From Mercenaria mercenaria (Eukaryota), in assembly GCF_021730395.1 (NCBI RefSeq), contig NC_069372.1, positions 63,039,754 to 63,103,753 of the forward strand: a stretch of DNA of 64,000 bases, in the 5' to 3' direction. Below the pieces are notes generated by a model. That model worked only from the letters and a program-made list of their open reading frames with translations. It was not told where the DNA came from and searched no databases. The translations under genes were made by a program, and so were the position numbers. Of this stretch, positions 1 to 12,508 are shown one piece after another (within the stretch, counting starts at the first letter, position 1; each line of letters begins with the position of its first letter).

Positions 1-270
1 GGAGGCAACTCTATCAAGCATTTTGACTGAAGTATGGCCCCTTTTCGACTTAGAATAAATGTTAAAGTTTGCGTACCACCCCAAATATTTTCAAGTCCAT
101 TGAGATATTGCTTTGATATTTTGCATACTTGTTTACCATCATGTCCCCAGTCTGTAAAAAGGAGGAGGCAACTCTATCAAGCATTTTGACTGAAATATGG
201 CCCCTTTTCGACTTAGAATAAATGTATAAGTTTGCGTACCACCCCAAATATTTTCAAAGTCCATTGAGGG
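1..270 (-). repeat. Partial satellite-like array at the window edge (A-iv-type ~165-bp monomers, ~1.6 copies)
   Basis: 1-110 repeats at 163-270 (ggaggcaactctatcaagcattttgactgaa.tatggccccttttcgacttagaataaatg...). The reverse complement matches the gggccataattcagccaaaat monomers of the 34060-35428 and 53468-54912 elements. Confidence 0.7.
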
Positions 271-884
271 CTAAATTTTTTGTTAAGACCGCTAGAATAC
301 AACACCTCTTCGGGCGGAAAATGGCACGAACCTTGCCAAATTGATTACATGTATGTCTGCTAGTAGATAAAAAAAGTTTTAAAAATTCTTAATTCTTTCT
401 ATAATTGAATACTAAATAATCTGAAAGGTGATATTGTCTTATCAGTACTAAGTCAATTGTCTTACATTATATGAACAACACTGTCTTTGTACTAAAATGC
501 GATGTGAAAACACAACCACAAAAACGGCAAGATACCTGTCAGGCATGATGCTTGTCAATATAACTTAAACCAGTATCAACATTTAATTACTGATAAAAAC
601 TTATAAAAAATGTTATTTCCTTCAAGATTCCTCATATTTAAGATTGTCTGTCACATGTTTCAACAAATGCTGACTTAACTTCAATTTCCAATAGATAGTG
701 CCGGCTGCGCAGAAGGATGCGCATAAAAAACTATAGGAATTCCCTTTAAAGGTCCAGAGTTTGCTATTTTGGCTTTTGCCATATAGAGACTTCATTTATG
801 ATTTGATTTGATACAAACTTGCAAAATAACTTCAACAACAATAAATCTTGGATTCCATGATGAATCTGTCAGATCCAATCATAG

Positions 885-1010
885 GTTCCTGAGTTATTTT
901 ATATCTAATTACCTCCCCTGAGGATTTATATCAGTAAGTACTTATAGGACTCATTTGAAATTTCATTATTTTCATTAGTTGGACTGAGACAGTCAGGGAA
1001 GATAACTACC
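885..1010 (+). repeat. Isolated partial copy of the 470-bp repeat unit (3' part)
   Basis: attacctcccctgagg...actcatttgaaatttcatt...cagtcagggaagataact aligns to 2282-2400 of the array. Confidence 0.45.
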
Positions 1011-1933
1011 GTATTTTGGTGTGTATTGGTCGCGGTAATGTATAGTCCGCATCTAATTTTTGCTCTGGAAATGGTCGGAAAATTTAACTTCTAGCGTATT
1101 AGTCGCAGTTAAATTTCGGATTTTTTCCCCAGCAATATTAATATTTACCGGCAAAAAAGTTATGGCGGCGGCCATATTGATGCCGCGGACTGAATTATTA
1201 CCAGAACCTGATTGGTGGAAATCGGACAGTGTTGTTTTCGTTCCCAACCGTTTCGTACCAACAGTAGTATCGGTAACAGATTATATCAAGAAAAGCGGCT
1301 TTTGACACTAATTGGCAGCAGACGGTTTGCGTTTACATTCTGTTATCATGCAAGTTTAAGGTGTGAATTGTTTGCACAGCAATTATAACACCTTTCCGTG
1401 TCATGTAATTAACCGCGTTCTTTTGATTCTGAGTAAAAGATTAACAAAATATCTCTTTTTGGATTTTTTTCTTTTATTTAAAAATCAAAAGTAAAAAAAT
1501 TATCTTTCAAGTTTTTTAATACGCTCAGAATTAGTATAAACAATGTTTGGATGGAGGACGGATCTGTCCAGATTTTATCCAACCCAGAGTACTGTCAATG
1601 GCGTCCAGTAAAACGAAAGTAGAAACAACGTAATTCAGTCTGCAAAAACATCTTTGAATTAAAGTCATTCGTAATTTTAATAGTCTGTATAGGTTATTTA
1701 CGATATATTTTATTGAAAGAAACCCGCTATTGGTTGAAAAGCCGCCGATATTGATATTTTTTATCCATTTTGTTCGTTCGTAACAGATGCACGTAATTTT
1801 GCGAGAGCTACGGTCAGAAAATTTGCCCGAAAAAAAAAAACTGCTGGCAATGTTCTGTCGTATAGGTCGCAGGAACTTTTTCAGGCAGCAGAATGGGTAG
1901 AAAAAGTGCGACATATACACACTGAAATACGGT

Positions 1934-3135
1934 ATGGACTGATTTTATGTCAAATTACCTCCCTTTATTTCAAATTATAATGGGTATATCTCCGTAACTA
2001 ATGAAGATACTGATCTGAAATTTCATTTATGTCAACAGATAGACTTTGACAATCAGTGAAGATACGTATTCACTGAATTTATGACAAATTACCTTCCTTT
2101 ATTTTTTATCTAAATGAATACACCTTAGCAGCTTCCAATAAGATTGGTTTTAAACGTTATTTATGTCTTCCATGGTAAGAAATAGTCATGTTAGATAACA
2201 CTTGATTGAACATTTATCTATATGAATACTTTTCTCATATATTGTTGTATAGGCTTGTACTCTGTATCTTCCACATGCGTGTACCAATGCATGATTACCT
2301 CCCCTGATTTTAATAAAAATGGATTTATCTCGGTAAATATTTATAGAACTCATTTGAAATTTCATTGTCTTTAGTTTGACAGAGGCAATCAGGGTAGATA
2401 GCTATGGACTGATTTTTATATCAAATAACCTCCCTTTATTTCAAATTAAAATGGGTATATCTCCGTAACTAATGAAGATTCTGATCTGAAATTTCATTTA
2501 TGTCAACAGATAGACTTGGATAATCAGTGAAGATACGTATTGACTGAATTTATGACAAATTACCTTCCTTTATTTTTTATCTAAATGAATACACTTTAGC
2601 AGCTTCTAATGAGATTGGTTTTAAACGTTATTTATGTCTTCCATGGTAAGAAATAGTCATGTTAGATAACACTTGATTGAACATTTATCTATATGAATAC
2701 TTTTCTCATATATTGTTGTATAGGCTTGTACTCTGTATCTTCCACATGCGTATACCAATGCATGATTACCTCCCCTGATTTTAATAAAAATGGATTTATC
2801 TCGGTAAATATTTATAGAACTCATTTGAAATTTCATTGTCTTTAGTTTGACAGAGGCAGTCAGGGTAGATAGCTATGGACTGATTTTATGTCAAATTAAC
2901 TCCCTTTCTTTCAAATTAAAATGGGTATATCTCAGTAACCAATGAAGATACTGATTTGAAATGTCTTTTATGCCATCAGATGGACTCAGTCAATCAGGGT
3001 AGATAACTTTTGACTGAATTTTTGACAGTTACCTCCCTTTATTTTATGTAAATGAATATATCTCAGCAGCATCTAATGAGATTGGTTTTAAATGTTATTT
3101 AAGTCTTCCAGGGTAAGGAATAGCCATGTTAGTAC
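1934..3135 (+). repeat. Tandem repeat, ~470-bp unit x ~2.5, with internal ~120-160-bp sub-repeats carrying an attacctcccc motif
   Basis: atggactgatttt recurs at 1934, 2404 and 2875. Copies 1 and 2 are near-identical; copy 3 is diverged. Confidence 0.85.
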
Positions 3136-3845
3136 AAAAATGCAGCATTTGAGACGAGGACCCTCAAACTTGGTATGGAAATTGGCCGTGACTAGGTCAA
3201 AAGGGAGTGTTACAAGATAATATTTATCCTGATGATATTTAATGTGTATGTCTCTGACTTATGCTCTATGTCAAAACTTGATCATATCATTTTGAGCAAT
3301 GGTACTCAGTTGAGCAATATAGGGCCATCATGGCCCTCTTGTTTGACTTTACAATATTATAAATATGTTTTTACATTGTAAGTTTTACTGTCATTCCAAG
3401 TGAAATTCTGACATATTTCTACTAATATACGTCGTCAACAATTGGGCATGCACAGTATCCAGTGTCATGTCTGATTACAGTTTCTAATTTGAGTATTTGA
3501 AGAATAGAGTATCCAAGAATAAAATCATTAAATAAGCTGTGTCAGGTATCCGGAGGGGTTGAAAGGCCATTAATTTAAAATGTAGGAGAAGAAATCAAAT
3601 AATATATAAAATATAAAGGAATAATCTTAACAAGAAAAACCAAGCAATAAAGTCAGTGGAAAAAGCATGCTGTGTCAGCTCCAGTGTGCCAATACAAGGG
3701 TGTGTATATATACATATATTTCCCCCCCAAAAAAATTAATGTCTTTGACAGTAAATCTGTCTGGGGTTTTAATGAAATAAAGTGATATTGTATGTGTAGG
3801 CAGTACTTGAAACAAACATTTTAATGTTCTTTTTTCTATTTTCAG

Positions 3846-4252
3846 GTGTGGAGGACTTGTTTCCTGCTGAGGTCTTCAGGGGTGAGCCACAGGCCCGTGG
3901 CGAGGAGGTCGTGATGGTTGTAGATGAGACTGAGTCACTGGACGAGGTCAGGTCTGTCAACCAGGTGCCAGAGGTGGACCCTGTGGTACCAGCCCGTAGG
4001 ACTGTTCTTGGGGAAAGGGAAGATCCTCAGTTTGCTGAGTTGGCTCAGCCTGAGGCAGGACCAGTGGAGGTTCCTGTACCAGAAGTGGCGCTGGTTCTTC
4101 CTGAAGTGGGACCTGTTTCTCCAGTTGTTGGTCTGGTTCTCCCGGATCTGCATCAGGGTCATGATGAAGAGGTTATCCCTACTGATGTTGTTTCGGCACC
4201 AGCTCCTCACCGGTTTTCCTGTAGGACACGCCGACCTCCTGAACGCCTTCAG
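3846..4252 (+). CDS. Candidate internal exon (407 nt, phase-1 start, ends on a codon boundary). Acidic, Pro/Val/Glu-rich low-complexity peptide, no recognisable domain.
   Basis: Polypyrimidine tract plus ttttcag at 3832-3845. Open frame to cttcag|gtaattt donor at 4252/4253. Local GC is about 55% against a ~33% background. A diverged paralogous copy with the same acceptor lies at ~55100-55440 on the minus strand. The first ~35 codons show mostly third-position differences between the two copies. Confidence 0.35.
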
Positions 4253-4499
4253 GTAATTTGGGGTACCAAGAGGTATTAGAATTTTCCTTCATTAAAACTT
4301 GAATCATTTAAAGGGGCTCTTGGTACATTTTTCTTTTATTAGTTTTTTTTTTTGCCCTTCCTTAAGGTCCTTAATTTTTTTCAAGTTTTTTAGAGGTCCA
4401 GGCCTCCAAGGTTTTAAAAATATTATCAGTTATAGTGTGGTTAAGTGTGAAATAAAGCAGGTGGACACCAATATGAAGATAAGTCAGTTCAGTTATGTG

Positions 4500-6140
4500 T
4501 GGTGGTAACCAGTAAAAGATATTTGATATTTGTATTTTAAAAATGTACGACAGTAACCAGAACAGTCATTTCAGTTATCTATGATGGTAACCATAACAGT
4601 CATTTCAATATTGTATGATGGTAACCAGAACATGTATGATGGTAACCAGAACAGTCATTTCCATTACGTATGACTGTAACCAAAACATGTATGACAGTAA
4701 CCAGACCAGTTATTTCAATTATGTATAATGGTAACCGGAACAGTCATTTCAATTATCCATGACAGTAACTAGAACAGTCATTTCAATTACGTATGACAGT
4801 AACCAGAACAGTCATTTCAACTATGTATAATGGTAACCAGAACAGACATTTCTATTATGTATAATGGTTACCAGAATAGTCAGTTCAATAATGTATGACA
4901 GTAACTAGAACAGTCATTTCAGTTACCTATGTTGGTAACCAGAACAGTCATTTCAACTATGTATAATGGTAACCAGAACTGTAGTTTCAGTTATATATAA
5001 TGGTTACCTGAACAGTCGTTTCAATTATGTATAATGGTTACCAAAACAGTAATTTCAACTATGTATGATGGTAACAAGAACAGTCATTTTCATTATGTAT
5101 GACAGTAACCAGAACAGTCATTTCAAATATGTATGACAGTAACCAGAACAGTCATTTCAATTATGTATGACTGTTACCAGAAGAGTCATTTTAGTTATGT
5201 ATAACAGTAACTAGAACAGTTATTTTGATTATGTATAATGGTTACCAGAACAGTCATTTCAGTTATGTATAATGGTTACCAGAACAGTCATTCTAATTAC
5301 GTATGACAGTAACCAGAACAGTCATTTCAATTATGTATGACAGTAGCCAGAACTGCCATTTCAATTACGTTGATGGAAACCAGAACAGTTGTTTCCATTA
5401 TGTATAATGGTTACCAGAACAGTTAGTTCAATTATGTATGACAGTAACCAGAACAGTCATGTCAGTTATGTATTAGTGGTTACCAGAACAGTCATTTCAA
5501 TTACATATGACAGTAAGCAGAACATGAATGATGGTAACCAGAACAGTCATTTCAATTATGTATGATGGTAACCAGAACATGTATGACAGTAACCAGAATA
5601 GTCATTTTAAATATGTATGACGGTAACCAGAACAGTCATTTCAATCATGTATGACAATAACCAGAATAGTCATTTCAATTATGTACTATGGTAACAACCA
5701 TACATAACTGAAATAACTCATCTTCTGATTGGTGTCCATAATAATCAGAACAGTCACGTATGACAGTTACCAAAACAGTTATTTCAGTTATATACGATGG
5801 TAACCAGAATATGTATGATGATAACCAGACCAGTTATTTCAGTTATGTATGACGGTAACCAGAACATGTATAAAGGAAACCAGAACATGTATGACAGTAA
5901 CCAGAACAGTTATTTCAGTTATATACGATGGTAACCAGAATATGTATGACGATAACCAGAACAGTTATTTCAGTTATGTATGACAGTAACCAGAACATGC
6001 ATAAAGGAAACCAGAACATGTATGACAGTAACCAGAACAGTTATTTCAGTTATGTACGACAGTAACCAGAACCTGTATGATGGTATCCAGAACAGTTATT
6101 TCAGTTACGTAACTATGGTGGTATTTAACCAGAACAAGAG
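4500..6140. repeat. Minisatellite, ~34-bp unit (gtaaccagaacagtcatttcaattatgtatgaca) with a 21-bp truncated variant, ~45 copies
   Basis: Direct visual periodicity. An interruption with an inverted fragment lies at ~5690-5760. A variant unit with agttatttcagtt follows after 5760. Confidence 0.9.
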
Positions 6141-6979
6141 ATTGGTAATATTTCACTGTATACTAATTTTGTTAACAAATACAAATTTGAAACTGGATTT
6201 TAAAATATGAATTCTTTGCTGAAAAGTCATTTCCTTGTGTGAAGTTGGGGGACTTCACATGAAGAAAAATTCTTTTTAGTACTTTGGCTCAAGAGGTGTT
6301 ATGCAATACATTGCTGTACACTTCTAAAATTGTTCAGGTTCATTTTTGCATTTGATAACAGTCTGCATTGCATTAACGAGCAGGCATGATGGTCACAGAG
6401 GTCATCAAATTTTATTGTCTGGAAGTTGCATGTAGTGCAGAAAATCCATTTGTAAATGTGACTGTAATTGTTGTTATATAACTTGTTGTAACATAACAAT
6501 AAAATACTAGTAATGTACCATAATTGTGCAATTTGTATTAATTCTTTTAACTTTTTTATGTATTTCAGTATGTTGCTTTTAATAGATCGCTATATTGTCC
6601 GATTCCGCTCGTGTCGTCTTCCTGCCCTCGTTTTCGTGTAATTTACCGGATGTTACCAACGGGTTTGCGTGTTTTTTTTGTGTGTGTTTTAAGAAAGCTG
6701 TGATATCAGCAACAGCAAATAAGCTGTTACAACTAATAAGCTGCGAAATCAGCAACAGCAAATATGCTGTTACAACTAATAAGGTAAATAAGATAGAATA
6801 TATTTACTGTTATGTATTATTTGTTGCCCGAGTTGAAATTTGTGATATTTTACCAAATTGTCAGGTATATTATATTGCTCCCCTACTGTAGATACATACA
6901 TTATATGTTTTTATAGACTTGTTTCATTTTTTTTTTGTAAATATTTTTATTGTTACAGTTATAATTAAAAGTAAAGAGT

Positions 6980-7128
6980 TCAGTTGTCAGCTGTGGAACT
7001 ACTAAAATTGACTTCAAAGAATGTGAGATTCAGGAAGAATGTGTTACATCACTTGGCAGCAGTGGCGGACAGAGCAAAGAGGGCAATAGCTACAAATACT
7101 GAAGTTTAGGTATGCATATAAGTCTTCT
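6980..7128 (+). repeat. Low-copy duplicated segment. The paralogue 8830-8950 lacks the insertion that starts at 7129 (filled versus empty site).
   Basis: ...ttcaggaagaa.tgttacatcact...ctgaagtttaggtatgcatataagtct occurs in both. At 7129 it is followed by ttagctcgactattc (the element terminus). At 8950 it continues as tttctttcccaaaattttc. Confidence 0.6.
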
Positions 7129-8308
7129 TTTTAGCTCGACTATTCATAGAATAGTAAAGCTATTGGACTTGCCCATGCGTTGGCGTCCGCATCGGCGTCC
7201 TGATTTGGTTAAATTTTTGTATGTAAGCTGGTATCTCAGTAACCGCTAGTGGGAATTGATTGAAACTTCACACTCTTTTTCACTGTGATAAAATGACTTA
7301 CATTGCACAGGTTCCATAACTCTATTTTGCTTTTTTTCCAAAATTAAGCCCCATTTTCAACTTAGAAATTTTTGGTTAAAGTTTTGTATGTAAGCTGGTA
7401 TCTCAATATCCACTAATGGGAATGGATTGAAACTTCATACACTTGTTCACTGACATAATCTGACATGTACTGTGCAGGTCCCATAACTCTGCTTTGTATT
7501 TTACAAAATTATGCCCCTTTTTCGACTTAGCTGTTTTTGGTTAAGTTTTTATATGTAAGCTGGTATCTCGGTATCCACAAATGAGAATGGATTGAAACTT
7601 CACACACTTGTTCACTGTCATGATATGACATGCAGAGCAAAGGTTCAATAACTCTACTTGGCATTATGATGCCCCTTTTTAGCTCACATGTCACAAAGTG
7701 GCACGGTGAGCTTTTGTGATCGCGCAGTGTCCATCAGCCATCCGTGTGTCCGTAAACTTTTGTTTGTGACCACTCTAGGGGTCACATTTTTCATGGGATC
7801 TTATGAAAGTTGGTCAGAATGTTTATCTTGATGATATCTAGGTCAAGTTCGAAACTGGGTCACGTGCAGTCCAAAACTAGGTCAGTAGGTTTAAAAATAG
7901 AAAAACCTTGTGACCTCTCTAGAGGCCATACTTTTCAATGGATCTTCATGAAAGTTAGTCAGAATGTTTACCTTGATGATATCTAGGTCAATTTTGAAAC
8001 TGGGTCACGTGCTTCAAAAACTAGGTCAGTAGGTCAAATAATAAAAAAATCTTGTGACCTCTCTAGAGGCCATACTTTTGAATTGATCTTCATGAAAATT
8101 GGTCAGACTGTTCACCTTGATGATATCTAGGTCAAGTTCGAAATTGGGTCACATGCTATCAATAACTAGGTCAATAGGTCAAATAATAAAAAAACCTTGT
8201 GACCTCTCTAGAGGCCATATTTTTCATGGGATCTGTATGAAAGTTGGTCTGAAAATTCATCTTGATGATATATAGGCAAGCGTTGCTGTCCTCCGACAGC
8301 TCTTGTTT
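7129..8308 (-). mobile_element. Composite satellite-carrying element. An A-i-type element (GC-rich tail, ~3 monomers of ~180 bp, terminal hairpin module at 8276-8308) is interrupted by a B-type element.
   Basis: It starts ttagctcgactattcatagaatag...gcgttggcgtccgcatcggcgtcc, the reverse complement of the GACGCC tail. Monomers read ggttaaagttttgtatgtaagctggtatctc...ttatgcccctttttcgacttag. It ends gcgttgctgtcctccgacagctcttgttt, the 5' hairpin module in reverse complement. Confidence 0.7.
7679..8275 (-). mobile_element. B-type element nested in the A-i element: 3' terminus (reverse complement) plus ~3.3 monomers of ~165 bp
   Basis: tttagctcacatgtcacaaagtggcacggtgagcttttgtgatcgcgc is the reverse complement of the B 3' end gatcacaaaagctcaccttgtcactttgtgacaggtgagctaaaa seen at 49150-49210. 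Its monomers are reverse complements of those at 27900-29000. It is inserted after a T-run (gccccttttt|agctcac). Confidence 0.65.
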
Positions 8309-9169
8309 AAAATGTAATACTGATTCCTACCTTGGTGATAATTCTGTTGTGTGTTTTGCCCTTGTTTTCGTATTTTTTTGTTAAGTGTATACATAGGCTG
8401 GTTCCTTTCAATTGGAGTTTGGTGTATATTGTTCATTTTGAAATTTGTGTGTCAGCTTTGTTGTTGTCATTAATTTTCTGGTGATGGTGGTTTTAAATAA
8501 CATACAAATATTTAAAGTTTGCTCACTGTCTGATATACTTTTAAATTGACTCTTGTCAAATGATTTACAACTTTAAATATACTTTAAAACAAGATGTTAA
8601 GACGTATTTAATTGATTAACATTTTCGTTAATTTCTTGCTGATATGTCTAAATACTTTTTTTGTTGCCTTTTTCTTCTATTTTTCTTCTCAGTTCTATGT
8701 ATTCTTTGTTTGCTTGCAGTATGATCCACTTGTTAAATACAGTTCTTGGAGATCATATTGTAATTAAGATTGTTGTTGTCTTAATATGTAATCTATTATT
8801 GTTATTATTATTAGACGTAAAGGAAGAACTGTTTTGGACCTGAAGCACATGAGGTTCAGGAAGAACATGTTACATCACTTATCAGCAATCATGGACAGAA
8901 TAAAGTTGACAGATTCCACAAGCACTGAAGTTTAGGTATGCATATAAGTCTTTCTTTCCCAAAATTTTCTTTCAAGATACCGATATTTCAGCAGACTGAA
9001 GATGTAGATGAAGAATTACTACGGGATTTTACTTACAAAGTTAATTTTGAAGTAATAAATATTACAGTATCCAGTTTAACATTGTTAATAACACCCATTT
9101 GTTATTATTTTTTATGAATGTGTACTCTGTAATATTTTCTAAATTCTAAATATTTCAGAGAAATGTTGA

Positions 9170-9419
9170 CCTGGCCCCGTGTTCACAAAGCATTTTTCGG
9201 TCTCAGCTGAGTTTGAGTTTGAAACTTTTAATATCTTTTTTACTAAAACTTCAAGCTTAAATTCCAAATGAGACTGACCATTAATACTGAATAGTCACAT
9301 TAAAATAGTTCTTAACATAAAATTTAGTCTTAAACATGCTATTTAGATATAAATGAGAAGTAAAATTTCATTATCAAACTCAGGTGAGTCTGAAAATGTT
9401 TTGTGAACACGGGGCCCGG
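9170..9419. mobile_element. MITE-like insertion (~250 bp) with ~39-bp imperfect TIRs, inside the first satellite monomer
   Basis: The left end is tggccccgtgttcacaaagcatttttcggtctcagctgag. The right end is ctcaggtgagtctgaaaatgttttgtgaacacggggccc (reverse complement, ~90% identical). An uninterrupted monomer at 10200-10260 reads gaaatgttgatgagcagggatgatgatttg. Confidence 0.6.
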
Positions 9420-11571
9420 AGGGATGATGATTCACATGATTTCTTTGACAAAACAGGAGAAAATAGACAAAAGATTATATGCTGTCATTTATGGTTTCAT
9501 TGGCCATGACAGTGACCCACTTTTGGCTTCATAATTATTTGGAGTTTTTGGCTTATACTCTAAGGAAATTGCGTAGAGATAAATTTTCTTTACCACTTTG
9601 CCTTCAAAATTATCTTTAACAATATGACTGGTGATATGCTGGGTGTCTATGCTCTACATAACTAAAGGCTATACTGTACCTGAAAGGGCGGATGGACCCT
9701 TCTTAAACTTAAATACTAGTATTTTCTAAATTCAAAATATTTCAGGGAAATGTGGATGAGAGGGATTAACAGTGCAGGAGAGAATGAAATGGACAAACAG
9801 ATGGCATGCTGGTCAGAATGAGGTTGACAGATAAAAAGCAAAGCAAGAACCATGAGATGGTAGGTGTTTATATACTGCAAGTTTATGGAGTACTATCAAA
9901 CTTCTTGATATTTCAGGGAAATGTATATACAGGAGAAGTATAGTATAGTACAAAGAGATAGTGAGTATATAAAGTTGTGAATTAAGGGAGTGTTTTCTAA
10001 CTTTTAAATGTTTCAGGGAAATGTGGACGAGGGTGATTAAAGAAGCAGGAGGGAATGGAATGGACTAACAGATTATATGCTGGTCAGAATGCGGTTGACA
10101 GATGAAAAGCGTAAACAAGAACCATGAGATGGAAGGTATATATAATTGCAAATTTAGGGAGTACTTTCTAACTTCTTAATATTTCAAGGATTCTAAATTC
10201 TTAATATTTCAGAGAAATGTTGATGAGCAGGGATGATGATTTGCATGATTCCTTTGACGATACAGGAGAGAATGGAATGGACAAACAGATTACATGGGGT
10301 TGACAGATGAAAAGCGTAAACAAGAAAAATGAGATGGCGGGTATGTAATATTGCTAATTAAGGAAGTATTTTCTAACATTTAGATATTTCAGGGAAATGT
10401 GGATGAGGGTGATTAAAGAAGCAGGAGAGAAAGGAATGGACAAACGGATGACATGGAGGTCAGAATGAGACTGACAGATGAAAAGCGTAAACAAGAAAAA
10501 TGAGATGGCAAGTATGTGATATTGCTAATTGAGGAAGTATTTTCTAACATTTAGATATTTCAGGGAAATGTGGATGAAGGTGATTAAAGAAGATGGAGAG
10601 AATGGAATGGACAAACAGATGACATGGAGGTCAGAATGAGACTGACAGATGAAAAACATGAACAAGAAAAATGAGATGGCGGGTATGTAATATTGCTAAT
10701 TGAGGAAGTATTTTCTAACATTTAGATATTTCAGGGAAATGTGGATGAGGGTGATTAAAGAAGCAGGAGAGAAAGGAATGGACAAACGGATGACATGGAG
10801 GTCAGAATGAGACTGACAGATGAAAAGCGTAAACAAGAAAAATGAGATGGCAGGTATGTGATATTGCTAATTGAGGAAGTATTTTCTAACATTTAGATAT
10901 TTCAGGGAAATGTGGATGAGGGTGATTAAAGAAGCAGGAGAGAAAGGAATGGACAAACAGATGACATGGAGGTCAGAATGAGGCTGACAGATGAAAAACA
11001 TGAACAAGAACAATGAGATGGTGGTATGTAATATTGCAATTAGGAGTATTTCTAACTTTATAGTTTAAACTGATTTTATATTTCCACAAAATTGTATATA
11101 AAACATGGACTATATTAATTAACAAGTTTGATAAAAAGACATACATCAAATCAAAATGTAAACAAACAAACAAACAGAATTTTCAAATCCAATGGTATGA
11201 AAACAAGCTACTTAAAACTTATATGAATTCCGCTCCATAAACTTTTAGATATTTCAGGGAAATGTGGATGAGGGTGATTAAAGAAGCAGGAGAGAATGGA
11301 ATGGAAAAACGGATGACATGGAGGCCAGAATGAGACTGACAGATGAAAAGCGTAAACAAGAACAAGAGATGGTTGGTATTAAAGTTGCAAATTAGGAATT
11401 ATTTTCTAAGATTAAATATTTCAGGGTTATGTGGACGAGAGTGATTGAACGATGAGGAGAGTGTATGGAATGGACAACAGATGACATGCTGGTCAGAATG
11501 AGTTAAAGATGAAAAACTCAAACAAGAAACATCAGATGGTAGGTATTAATAGTTGCAATTAAAAGATTGTT

Positions 11572-12508
11572 TTTAGTGATTTCATAGAATGTGAGCTAGC
11601 ACTGCCATGCGTCGGGTCCGCGTCGGCGTCGGCGTCGCGTCCGTCGCGTCCCGATTTGGTTAAGTTTGTATGTAAGCTGGATCAGTAACCACTTGTGAGA
11701 AATGGATTGAAACTTCACACAAATATCACTGTGACAAATGACTTACATTGCACAGGTTCCATAACCTAATTTGCTTTTTTACAAAATTAGCCCTTTTCGA
11801 CTTAGAAATTTTGGTTAGGTTTTGTATGTAAGCTGGTAACGCAGTAACCACTTGTGGGAATGGATTGAAACGTACACTTATTCACTGTGATGAACTGATC
11901 AACAATTGCACAGGTTCCATAACTCTATTTTGCTATTTACAAATTATGCCTTTTTCGACTTAGAAATTTTTGTTAAGGTTTTGTTGTAAGCTGGTATCCA
12001 CAGTATTACAATGGGAATGGATTTGAAACTTACATACTTGTTCACTATCATGATCTGACATGCACTAAGCAAGTCCCATAAATTTCATCTCATTTTTTTC
12101 AAAATTATGCCCTTTTTCGACTTTAGCAGTTTTTGGTTAAATTTTTGTATGTAATCTGATATCTCAAGATACACTAATTGGAATGGATTGAAACTTCACA
12201 CACTTGTTCACTGGTCATGATTAACATGCACTGATGAAGGTCCATAACCTACTTGGCATTTTTACAAAATTATGGCCCTTTGACTTAGCAGTTTTTTGTT
12301 AAGTTTTTGTATGTAAGTGTATCTCAGTATCCAAAATTGGAAAGGATTGAAACTTCACACACTTGTTCACTGTCATGATATGACATGCAGTACAGAGGTC
12401 ATACCTTACTTTGCATTTACAAAATTATGCCCCTTTTCAACTTTTGTATTCATTCAATTGACAAGGCTGTTGAATAGTCGAGCGTTGCTGTCCTCCGACA
12501 GCTCTTGT
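11572..12508 (-). mobile_element. A-i-type satellite-carrying element (GC-rich tail, ~5 monomers of ~175 bp, terminal hairpin) inserted into the 170-bp array
   Basis: It starts tttagtgatttcatagaatgtgagctagcactgccatgcgtcgggtccgcgtcggcgtcggcgtc. Monomers read ggttaggttttgtatgtaagctggta...cccttttcgacttagaaatttt. It ends ttgaatagtcgagcgttgctgtcctccgacagctcttgtttt. The satellite resumes immediately at 12509. Confidence 0.7.

Noticed and set aside
1020-1900. Possible MITE ends cgtat(t/a)(g/a)gtcgc(a/g)g occurring three times (1022, 1088, 1861) in a CpG-richer stretch with a 129-aa minus-strand ORF (1531-1920)
   Set aside because: The motif is short (13 nt) with no consistent orientation or TIR partner. 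The ORF is low-complexity (FFYPFCCLKKF...). Insufficient evidence.
3924-4256. Alternative-frame and antisense ORFs over the exon-like segment (3924-4256 +, 3935-4210 -)
   Set aside because: Only the frame of ORF 3824-4279 is continuous from the acceptor to the GT donor and shows third-position-biased divergence against the paralogue. The others are by-products of local GC-richness.
6705-6795. 45-bp direct duplication (atcagcaacagcaaata.gctgttacaactaataag) at 6705-6795
   Set aside because: Only two copies in unique sequence. Too small to interpret; likely a local slippage duplication.
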